A stretch of 21,765 bases of DNA from an uncultured Methanosarcinales archaeon. Its GTDB lineage: Archaea; Nanobdellota; Nanobdellia; Woesearchaeales; CAZYIM01. Below are positions 1 to 7,919 of this stretch, in pieces; positions within the stretch are counted from its first letter, which is position 1, and the number at the start of each line of letters is the position of its first letter. The stretch is taken from positions 1 through 21,765 of the forward strand of contig CAZYIM010000040.1 in assembly GCA_964647565.1 (NCBI GenBank). Reading direction: 5' to 3'. A program made the position numbers and the translations under genes. A model generated the notes under the pieces. It ran no database searches. It saw nothing but the letters and a program-made list of their open reading frames with translations, and was not told the DNA's origin.

Positions 1-207
1 AATCAACTTCTCTGCAGCAGTATTATTCACAACTATTATTTCGTCACCAATCAAAGGCAGGGGCTCCCTGAAAAATACGATTGCAACTGCAATCAGTGCG
101 AGAAGAGTAATAATGATTAGAAATTTATGCATTAGATTTTTTTTAACAGGCTTTTTTGAGGCCTTTTTGGTTTTCTTTCTCTTTTTGCCAGTTTTTTTCT
201 TATTCAT
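1..207 (-). CDS. Partial CDS (runs off left edge): membrane-anchored protein with Lys-rich N-terminus and one TM helix
   Basis: Not in ORF track. Manual translation from ATG at 207: MNKKKTGKKRKKTKKASKKPVKKNLMHKFLIIITLLALIAVAIVFFREPLPLIGDEIIVVNNTAAEKLI, open to position 1. The start overlaps the stop of the upstream gene (200-202). Confidence 0.8.
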   Translation of the reverse strand, partial: MNKKKTGKKRKKTKKASKKPVKKNLMHKFLIIITLLALIAVAIVFFREPLPLIGDEIIVVNNTAAEKLI

Positions 208-2632
208 TGTTCTTATATAGTGCTCTGTTTTTAATCAGGACTTTTTTACTGAAATCCTGCATGAACTCATAGTCCAGTTTAAATTCTATAGGCATACCTT
301 TTTTAGGCTTATCCAATTTACAGATAAATGCGCATAATTGGCTGGAGCATTCATTAGTTTTACATTTATTGTCGTTTAGACTCATTTCAATAGGTAAACT
401 ATCTGAATCTTCATTGCAATTTTCTGTAGGGTGTATTACGCCCTCGCTGATAATCCAGGATTCCAATTGAACTGTCAAAGAAGTATTACCACCTGATACC
501 TGATTTATCTGGAAACGAACAGGTGCTCCACTTAAAGAGAAATTGCATATATATAAATATCCTTGTGACTCGCAAATCGTTGCGTCTGCGCACGTTTGGT
601 ATGGATAACAAAGCCGGACCTTTGAAGTAAGAACCTGTTCTTTGGTCTCGATCTTTTTGATTTTTGCATCTCCAAAAGAAAGCACATAATTGTCAAACTC
701 AGGGACGCCATCAGTGATACTTACTGGGAAAAATTCATGGGGAATAGTGAGGATGTGCTTGTTGGATATAAAATCATCTGAAGCAAGATCGCCCATAAGC
801 ACTGCTTTTACAGAACCTGAAACAACCAGATGATCTCCCATGTTCTTGACAGGGACCTTAACTGGAAAGAATTCATCTGACCAGATGAAATCAGGCGGGG
901 CATCTTTTGAGAAATCATTGAGAAAGAGGCCTGGAAGTGAAAATACTGGAGATTGAGTGATATCCTCTGGTTTAAACAGGCTCTTGTCTGGTTTGGCGCT
1001 AGGCCTTATGGAAGGTTGATCGCTTAAGCAAAGGAATACGCTGAGATCCTCATTTAGGGAGATGTGCTCACATTCTGCAATTTTTTCAAGGAAATTCCTT
1101 TGGTTCCCACAATTTTTTTCATTTAGGTACATATTGAAAAGCCTACAACCTCCATCATTATTGGTATCGACAACAATGATCATGTTATCCTCATAACTAT
1201 CAATAAAGCTTTTTCTAACAGGCCAGATATTCTGAGCTGCATAATCAGAGTAGAACATGATTGGGAATGCGTTTGATGTTGTGAGTATGAATGTGTCAGA
1301 AGATATGTTTTTTGTTTGAAGAAATCCAATAACATCTAATATCCCTTCAGAACCAAATGTAGTCCTGGCTCCAACAATATCTCCAACCAAAAAAAGATCA
1401 TGAGCTGGGCGGGTCTGGATAATAGGATTGGGTATTATCAATATAACCGCGGTACATAGTAATAACATTGCTATTACTGCTTTATTTCCAATTATTAACA
1501 TTCTGTACACAAAAAAGGCAGCAAATGTAATAGTCGGAATTAGCAGGGATAAATACAACTTTTCATTGAAAGAGGTGAACGGTACCAATAAGGTTGGCAC
1601 GATCATGAAACAAAGCATCCAGATCAATAATAGATATCCTCCTTTAGTTTTGAAATCAAATAGCTTCTGTACTGGTTTAGGGAGTTTAAGATTCTTGAGT
1701 GTGGCGGCTAGAATTAACAGAACTATCCCTAATAGCATAATGAAAAAAAGCCAGCCTTGATTGTTTATGCCTGTAAATGGATAGAAGAATATGTCTGACT
1801 TATTCATCACATGCCAAAAATGCCGGATGGTGGGTTGGAATGGCATCAATTGGAAGAATCTTGTATAAAGTATCCAGGGTAAACATCCGATGATCAGAAA
1901 TATCAGAGATATAAGAAAACTCTTTCTAGTGAAAAACTTAATGTTATCCTTTTCACAAAACAACATGTAAAGCAGTAAAGTTAAGCAGAATGTGAAACAA
2001 ACTAGTATGTTGGTATAAAATAGGCCGAGAATCATCACTGCAGATAACAAATATTGGTGGAATTTTTTTTCCCTTACAGCACATATGAAGAAATAGCTGC
2101 CTGCTGCAAGAAAGAAAAAGACCAATGAATAATATCTGATCTGGCGGTGATAGAATAACATCACCTCATTGATAGCTAGAAAGAAGGTCGATAAAAGGGC
2201 TGTACCTTCATTTAAAATCCTCTTGATAAAAAGGAAGAAGAATAGCAGGGAAGCAATGCCCAATAACGCAAATGGCAATCTTAAAATGAATTCTGAATTT
2301 GAAATATCTATGAAAGGTGCCAGGAAATAATAGGTCAGCCAACCCTTTACTGTAACATAATCTGTGTGGAGATAGTTAGTTGGTTTGTACTCATAGATAT
2401 GGCTTTCGGATTCTACCATAAATGCATTTTCATAGAACTGCACCCGATAAAAACCTCTTGGAACGCCCTCTTTTAGGATGTTCTCTGATAAGAGTACTGT
2501 CTCTGCTTCATCGACTGAAAGAGTAGGAAACCCCAGTGAATAAATTCTTAGGAAACCTCCGATCAATAGGATTAGTATCAGAATCAACATTCCGTGTTGT
2601 TTCAGAAAACCACCCCTTTTCTTTGAAACCAT
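200..2632 (-). CDS. ArnT/PMT-like (GT-C fold) integral membrane glycosyltransferase with an extra C-terminal Cys-containing extracellular domain
   Basis: N-terminal TM then LRIYSLG..SVDE motif, LRLPFALLG, RQIRYY, many TM helices, then a soluble ~270-aa tail (APP...CYPYQT...SGAPV...LDYEF). The ORF track starts at GTG 2644; ATG 2632 is preferred because it lies about 24 nt from a TATA box. Confidence 0.8.
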   Translation of the reverse strand: MVSKKRGGFLKQHGMLILILILLIGGFLRIYSLGFPTLSVDEAETVLLSENILKEGVPRGFYRVQFYENAFMVESESHIYEYKPTNYLHTDYVTVKGWLTYYFLAPFIDISNSEFILRLPFALLGIASLLFFFLFIKRILNEGTALLSTFFLAINEVMLFYHRQIRYYSLVFFFLAAGSYFFICAVREKKFHQYLLSAVMILGLFYTNILVCFTFCLTLLLYMLFCEKDNIKFFTRKSFLISLIFLIIGCLPWILYTRFFQLMPFQPTIRHFWHVMNKSDIFFYPFTGINNQGWLFFIMLLGIVLLILAATLKNLKLPKPVQKLFDFKTKGGYLLLIWMLCFMIVPTLLVPFTSFNEKLYLSLLIPTITFAAFFVYRMLIIGNKAVIAMLLLCTAVILIIPNPIIQTRPAHDLFLVGDIVGARTTFGSEGILDVIGFLQTKNISSDTFILTTSNAFPIMFYSDYAAQNIWPVRKSFIDSYEDNMIIVVDTNNDGGCRLFNMYLNEKNCGNQRNFLEKIAECEHISLNEDLSVFLCLSDQPSIRPSAKPDKSLFKPEDITQSPVFSLPGLFLNDFSKDAPPDFIWSDEFFPVKVPVKNMGDHLVVSGSVKAVLMGDLASDDFISNKHILTIPHEFFPVSITDGVPEFDNYVLSFGDAKIKKIETKEQVLTSKVRLCYPYQTCADATICESQGYLYICNFSLSGAPVRFQINQVSGGNTSLTVQLESWIISEGVIHPTENCNEDSDSLPIEMSLNDNKCKTNECSSQLCAFICKLDKPKKGMPIEFKLDYEFMQDFSKKVLIKNRALYKNNE

Positions 2633-2655
2633 CAAATGTTCCACATGTAGTAAGA

Positions 2656-2670
2656 TATATAAATTTATTG
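2656..2670 (-). promoter_or_regulatory. Archaeal BRE/TATA promoter for the ArnT-like gene
   Basis: Minus strand reads CAATAAA-TTTATATA, about 24 nt upstream of ATG 2632 (leaderless spacing). Confidence 0.55.
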
Positions 2671-2678
2671 TAGAATGA

Positions 2679-2867
2679 GGCTATTATGAAACCCTCTGGA
2701 TTTTTATGTTCGTCTGTGCCATTGTTGTCATTGTTTTCGACTGAAAAGGAGAACAACAATGGCAAGGCCAGACGTAATCGACGAGGTTAAGCTACAAAGT
2801 GGCTTTGTTCTCGTCGATGTAGTAGGACATAAAAATCCTAAAAGACGTAAAGGGTTTCATAATAGCC
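2679..2867. mobile_element. MITE (non-autonomous element), 189 bp, possibly IS1595-family derived
   Basis: Perfect 17-bp terminal inverted repeats GGCTATTATGAAACCCT (2679-2695) / AGGGTTTCATAATAGCC (2851-2867), flanked by a 9-bp direct repeat GTAGAATGA (2670-2678 and 2868-2876). No transposase. The GGnnATTAT terminus resembles, from memory, the ISNwi group of IS1595. Confidence 0.88.
2698..2838 (+). ncRNA. Putative structured RNA (three-way junction) inside the MITE
   Basis: Nested helices: 2698-2711/2825-2838, 2712-2716/2769-2773, 2717-2728/2753-2764, 2734-2738/2743-2747, 2777-2786/2809-2818, 2789-2795/2799-2805. There are three G-U wobbles on the + strand. Expression is not demonstrated. 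Confidence 0.4.
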
Positions 2868-2878
2868 GTAGAATGAGC

Positions 2879-4735
2879 TTAAGATACTGGATCCAATGCT
2901 CTTTTAATATCAATATAGCCATTTAGAGCTGCATTGATAGCATCCGCAACTTCTTCAACAGAGATCTGTGTCATGCATTTTCTATGATCGCATTCATCGG
3001 ACTTAGTATCTGTGCATGGTGCACAATCAACATTCTTATAGATATTAATGTTATTATCATACCCCCATACTTTAGGCGTGGAAGCCCCAAAGAGGATAAC
3101 CCCTTTGGTGCCCACAGCCATCGTTGCATGATTAAGGAAAGAATCAACGCTGACTAATAAGTCAGCATGCTTTAGAAGGGCAATAGCTTGGCGGACAGTA
3201 GTCCTGCCTCTGAGATCCAAGCAACCTTTGATCATTTCATCTTCCTCTAAACCCAGCTGTATGAATTGAAATTCTTTGAACTTTTTGACAATCATCTCCC
3301 CGTTTTTTTTATTCCATTCCTTGTTGGATATCTTGGTGCTTGGATGCAGTAGTATAGTTTTTTTTCCATTGGACTTTTTCAGAGTATCCAGTGCAAACTG
3401 TTCATCATCCTCCGATAAGAAGATGTCAGGTTTCATATCCTTTAACTTCACATCCAGCATCTCTCCAATTATATCTGCTGCATGACCCATATCGCTGATT
3501 CCGGGATTAAACCTTTTGTAGCTCGGAAAGTATTTTCTTTCCCAAAGCTTAATACCCTTGAATGCACTTTCGTCAGGAGATACTGAGAGTTGGTCGATGT
3601 ATGGATTAGTCTCTAGCAGGTTCTTGTGATTTTGATTACAGACAACCATGATCTTTCTTTTCGGGTTTTCCTTTTTTAGGGCTCTTATGGCTGGCGTCAT
3701 CATCAGGCAGTCACCGATACCACCCCAGGTCCTGATAAAAACTCTTTTCTCTCTTAATTGGTTATTGTCCATCTCTGCTTTTAGGGCAAGACATCCGCCT
3801 TGACAGGATCTTCGGATCTTATATTTGCATTTTTTACATTTTTCAAATGTGTTGACATCCCATCTAAGTTCTTCTGTCTGTTTGAGGAAGAATTCTGAGA
3901 TCTCTTGGAGGTTCTCGTATTTATCCATGATTTGGCTCTGTATCCTAGCAAGTGGCAGACAATAATACATGGTCAGGTCAGGATTGATGTCTAGGGCGGG
4001 AGTGCAGGTGGTCTGAATCTTCCTGACTTTTTTCTTTATGAACAGCCATTCTTTTTCACTAAACATGCAATAGGGGACACAGCAATCCCAATCTATATGC
4101 AGATCTTGGTCTGAAGCGCGTTTTATGAAATCAAGTACATGTTTCTTTATGCTTAATAGGCTCTTCATATCCATGTAGTTATTTGAATAAGCAAAATCTG
4201 GTGAAACCACTGCACACCTAATCTTATTTATATCGTATTTTTTACAGGCATCTAAAAGAAACGTACAATCCTTTGATTCTTCTGTTATGTTATAGCTGAA
4301 CTTAATATCCATCTTGATTTCTTTTTTTTCATTAAGAGCAATCAAGGATTGGATATTCTGATCCAGTAATTTCCATTGGTCTTTGGTATATTGATCCTGG
4401 GGATTGTAATTTATTATCACTGCTCTTGCTGCTTCATTTCTAAAGCCTTCCAAAGCATTATTGTCGAACAAGCAGTTGGAGAAAATGATGCCCATGATAT
4501 TTCTTTTGTGTAAAAGATTAAGGATTTCTTTGAACTTGGGATAGATGGTGGGTTCACCGCCAAGCAAACAGATTTTTTTGGGCTTGTTTACAAAGGACTC
4601 AGAGCTTTCCAACCAGTCAAGAAGCCTCATAAAATCCTCTAGTTGTAATGGTTTCTTGAATATAGACTTTTGATGAAGCGCAAAACAGAAATTACAATCT
4701 CTGTTGCACTCATAACTAAGCATTACATTTACCAT
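2879..4735 (-). CDS. Radical SAM/SPASM-like domain fused to a family 9 (heptosyltransferase-like) glycosyltransferase
   Basis: CNRDCNFC and GGEPT radical SAM motifs; Cys-rich CKKCKYKIRRSCQGGC. The C-terminal half (about 3750->2879) has GT9 hallmarks GGIGDCLMMTPAIRALK, NPYID, DLRGRTT, VDSFLNH..AVG..LFGAS, CAPC..C..CM..ISVEEV. Confidence 0.88.
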   Translation of the reverse strand: MVNVMLSYECNRDCNFCFALHQKSIFKKPLQLEDFMRLLDWLESSESFVNKPKKICLLGGEPTIYPKFKEILNLLHKRNIMGIIFSNCLFDNNALEGFRNEAARAVIINYNPQDQYTKDQWKLLDQNIQSLIALNEKKEIKMDIKFSYNITEESKDCTFLLDACKKYDINKIRCAVVSPDFAYSNNYMDMKSLLSIKKHVLDFIKRASDQDLHIDWDCCVPYCMFSEKEWLFIKKKVRKIQTTCTPALDINPDLTMYYCLPLARIQSQIMDKYENLQEISEFFLKQTEELRWDVNTFEKCKKCKYKIRRSCQGGCLALKAEMDNNQLREKRVFIRTWGGIGDCLMMTPAIRALKKENPKRKIMVVCNQNHKNLLETNPYIDQLSVSPDESAFKGIKLWERKYFPSYKRFNPGISDMGHAADIIGEMLDVKLKDMKPDIFLSEDDEQFALDTLKKSNGKKTILLHPSTKISNKEWNKKNGEMIVKKFKEFQFIQLGLEEDEMIKGCLDLRGRTTVRQAIALLKHADLLVSVDSFLNHATMAVGTKGVILFGASTPKVWGYDNNINIYKNVDCAPCTDTKSDECDHRKCMTQISVEEVADAINAALNGYIDIKRALDPVS

Positions 4736-4736
4736 T

Positions 4737-6296
4737 TTATTCTGGGCACCTGATAAAACTGCATAGGTTTCTGACTAGATATCTGCAGCCCTTGCAATTA
4801 TCGAGCAGCTTTTTATCTTTTTCATTGTCCTTGAAGAATTGGCTAAGCTCATTTTCATCTTTTAGTTCAGAAAGCTCAGGTCCTTTGGTTCCATTACAGA
4901 AAAAGACCTTGTTGTCCTGGACTCTGAAGAGCTGTAGACATTCAGAACAGTTGGTTGGTAGATTATATTTAGCAAATATTTTCATATAACTTAATCCAAA
5001 TATACAAGGTGGTAAAGGTCTAACAATCCGGAAATCTATCTTCTTTTCCTGAAGTGAACAAAGAAATGTTTCTATCTGCTTGCCCGCCTCTTTATTCAGC
5101 TCATTGTCCTTTAATGCAATGGCGATTAGGTTGTTGCCTTTGGCAGCTTTAAATTCCTTTAACTTATTCAATGTTAACTCTTTGATTTTGCCTTGTTTGT
5201 CCGGATCATTATAGGTTTTCTTTATCTCTATTCCTCCATAGATGCAGACTTCTTCGCAGCAGTAGCATTTTATGCATTGGTTTTCATCTATGATAAAGTC
5301 TTGCGAAATAGCCTTCACAGGACAGCTTTGGATACAGACAGTGCACTTCTTGCACTTATCCTTGTTAATGAAGGGTATAATATCGACTTCTTTGAAGCAC
5401 CTCTTTGTTTGGCACTTATCTGAATATAATGGGTGCTTGATGAAATTGTTGATTCGAGCCTCATCTAAGGATGTACCCAATACTTCGATCTCTTTGATAC
5501 TGCCGCATCCAATATTTTTTTGGTGTGCATATTTTGTAGGAGGAATGCTCAAAGCGCCGTGGCCTGTCAGCTCTGCTAAAACTGCATCTACAGCCACCCC
5601 GTCTTCGCCAGCAACTATCAGACCATATTGTTTTGGCGGGCCCAAAGGCCTATCGTGACCTCTTGCATCAAGACAGACGATACCATCAACGATGGTCAAC
5701 TGAGGCATTATAGCTGAGTAGATATCCACCAGAGCTTTTGAGAAATCCTTATCATCCAGCTTGTGGGTATTGGTCCGGGTCTCAAAACTGGTGCAGCCGA
5801 ACATGTTCTTTATTGCACCTGTAATATAGGTCTTGAAATGGGTTTTCAGCTTAGGAAGGTTGATGATCACATCAGCTCTTAGAGCTGCCTCTGCAATATC
5901 TATTTTTTTAAGTACAGAACCTTTAAGGATAGCTACAGCAGAGAACTCCTGCTCCTGCAAGTTATGTATTGCAATTGTAGGATCAAGGATACTGCTTACA
6001 CCACATATATCCAAGCATTCTTTGGTCCTGTTTCTGAAGTTGCCAGCTGCCTGTTCTCCAACCCAGACAGAAGCTCCTTGCTCCTGGACAAGCTCAGCAA
6101 CGGCCTTAATAAACAAGGGGTGAGTCGTAACTCCCTTTTCTGCTTCAAAAGGATCACAGAGATTTGGCTTGATAAGAACGACATCGCCCTTTTTGACAAA
6201 TCGTTGGATACCTCCTATATGCTCGAGACATTTGATTATACTTGTCTTTACATTGCTATAACTCGGTTCCTTAACGATTGCAACCTGGGTTATCAT
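4737..6296 (-). CDS. DUF362 domain + 2[4Fe-4S] ferredoxin domain protein with an extra C-terminal Cys module
   Basis: VLIKPN, VTTHP, NLPKLKTH, TGAIKNMFG, DGVAVD (DUF362); CKKCTVCIQSCP and CIKCYCCEEVC (dicluster). ATG 6296 overlaps the upstream TGA (ATGA); the ORF track gives 6323. Confidence 0.88.
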   Translation of the reverse strand: MITQVAIVKEPSYSNVKTSIIKCLEHIGGIQRFVKKGDVVLIKPNLCDPFEAEKGVTTHPLFIKAVAELVQEQGASVWVGEQAAGNFRNRTKECLDICGVSSILDPTIAIHNLQEQEFSAVAILKGSVLKKIDIAEAALRADVIINLPKLKTHFKTYITGAIKNMFGCTSFETRTNTHKLDDKDFSKALVDIYSAIMPQLTIVDGIVCLDARGHDRPLGPPKQYGLIVAGEDGVAVDAVLAELTGHGALSIPPTKYAHQKNIGCGSIKEIEVLGTSLDEARINNFIKHPLYSDKCQTKRCFKEVDIIPFINKDKCKKCTVCIQSCPVKAISQDFIIDENQCIKCYCCEEVCIYGGIEIKKTYNDPDKQGKIKELTLNKLKEFKAAKGNNLIAIALKDNELNKEAGKQIETFLCSLQEKKIDFRIVRPLPPCIFGLSYMKIFAKYNLPTNCSECLQLFRVQDNKVFFCNGTKGPELSELKDENELSQFFKDNEKDKKLLDNCKGCRYLVRNLCSFIRCPE

Positions 6297-7918
6297 TTGC
6301 CAGCACCTTCGATATATCTGCATGCTTCTCTAAGTCTGTATTTACAGTTCTTGCAGTCAGGACCTACATCCTGGATGTGGTAGCTTTTTATCAGCCCAAA
6401 GTACTCCTTTATCTGGTCCAGATTGTTCATGTATTTTAGCTCGGGTCCCTTAGCTCCACTACAGAGGATTATCTGACGGTTCTTCACCCTGAAGAATGCA
6501 GGGCTTTCTTCCCAGCTTTTGGGAATCTTGAATTTCTGGATAGTCTTTTCAAACTCTGCTCCAAAAAGGCAGGGAGGCAGAGGTGTGGTTAGTTTAAACT
6601 CGATCTTGTTTTTAGCCAGTTTGTCAAAGAACTCAATGATCTTCTTGCCTGTTTCAAGATTGGTGTCTTTTTCCTTTAGTTTGATATTGATCAATGAATG
6701 GTCGAGTTTATTGATGCTTTCCAGGTTTTGGATATAGATTTCCTGTATCTTTGGATTTAATGAGTCCTTTGGAATCTGAGGAAGAGACTCTATGAGATTG
6801 CCTACATACCTCTGGCAAAACATAAGTTCATCAACATCATTATCCTTGTATTTGGCAGTGGTTGGAAGAGTGTCCTTAAAAAGGTGCCAGCACTGGGGAT
6901 CTGGAGCATTGATAGAACCAAAATATCCATAAGATACACACCTACCGCTGCCTCTGCATTGGTTAAAATAAGTGCACTCAAGACAGTCCTTGCTCATGTT
7001 GGCAAGGTTCTTGAGCTTCCACATCTGGTTGTTAGAATAATAGAGTTCAAGAAAATTATTCTTAAGGATGTTTCCTATCTTTAGAGGCATCCGTCTGCAG
7101 GGAATCACATCTCCGTTGGGCAAAAGGGTGAATACATCAAATGGTGTTGAGCAGCCATGCATTCGATGTTCTGTCTTGACAGTCTTGAACAGACTATCAG
7201 CACAATGCACATCTACCTGGAAATTGAGGCCCTCTCTTCTGAACTGCTCGTTCATCCTGATGATATTTTCATACATCTGGCGGGTTTCATTAGGGGTTAG
7301 CATCAGTTTTCTCATCTGTTCCCCTCTTCCCAAGGGAACTAATCTTCCTACACCCATGCCTGTGATGCCCATCTTTGCTGCAAGCCTGGCCAGAGGCTCG
7401 ATCTCACCTACATTCTTTCTTGTAACTGTGAGGGAAAACGAAAGAAGCATCTTGTTCTGGATTATGATCTCAGCACCTTTCATAGCCCTTGCAAAGTTGC
7501 CTTTGCCCCTGATTTCATCGTTGATTTCTTCTAGGCCTTCAATACTGATCTGCATATAGTTGACACCTAAATCCTGATATCTCTTTATGATTTCATCTGT
7601 TACTGTAGAGCCATTTGTCATAATATAGAACCTGTCGAACAATCCCTGGCTCTTGTACTGACTGGCCTTCTCAAGGAATTTAAAGAAGCCAGGTTTTAGA
7701 ATGGGTTCTCCTCCCGACATAGTCAGGTTTCTATGCATCTTGATGCCCATCTTCTGAAGGTAATCAACCCACATGTCTAAAACATGTATCATCTGCTCTA
7801 TTGATAGTTCATTCTTCAATAGTTCTGGATCCATATAGCAATGAGTACATTGGAAATTACATTTCTCTGTTATGTGCCATTGCAGATGGCAGGTCTGTGC
7901 TTTTGGTAGATAGCTCAT
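6293..7918 (-). CDS. Radical SAM/SPASM domain protein with an extra C-terminal Cys module
   Basis: QWHITEKCNFQCTHC, SGGEP, TNG, QISIEG; complete SPASM GC..PNGDVIPC..GNI..CLEC..QCRGSGRC..PDPQCW. ATG 7918 is 1 nt after the upstream stop; the ORF track gives 7933. Confidence 0.92.
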   Translation of the reverse strand: MSYLPKAQTCHLQWHITEKCNFQCTHCYMDPELLKNELSIEQMIHVLDMWVDYLQKMGIKMHRNLTMSGGEPILKPGFFKFLEKASQYKSQGLFDRFYIMTNGSTVTDEIIKRYQDLGVNYMQISIEGLEEINDEIRGKGNFARAMKGAEIIIQNKMLLSFSLTVTRKNVGEIEPLARLAAKMGITGMGVGRLVPLGRGEQMRKLMLTPNETRQMYENIIRMNEQFRREGLNFQVDVHCADSLFKTVKTEHRMHGCSTPFDVFTLLPNGDVIPCRRMPLKIGNILKNNFLELYYSNNQMWKLKNLANMSKDCLECTYFNQCRGSGRCVSYGYFGSINAPDPQCWHLFKDTLPTTAKYKDNDVDELMFCQRYVGNLIESLPQIPKDSLNPKIQEIYIQNLESINKLDHSLINIKLKEKDTNLETGKKIIEFFDKLAKNKIEFKLTTPLPPCLFGAEFEKTIQKFKIPKSWEESPAFFRVKNRQIILCSGAKGPELKYMNNLDQIKEYFGLIKSYHIQDVGPDCKNCKYRLREACRYIEGAGK

Positions 7919-7919
7919 T

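Noticed and set aside
137..198. Poly-T tracts as terminator or phase-variation sites
   Set aside because: They are Lys codons of the in-frame minus-strand CDS starting at 207.
2508..2765. 85-aa minus-strand ORF in the track
   Set aside because: It starts inside the MITE, overlaps the ArnT-like gene out of frame, and has no recognisable features.
2679..2867. 5S rRNA, SRP RNA, hammerhead ribozyme or retron msr-msd
   Set aside because: It lacks the 5S and SRP helix-8 consensus motifs and has no CUGANGA/GAAA at the junction. There is no reverse transcriptase in the window, and the flanking 9-bp duplication favours a transposed element.
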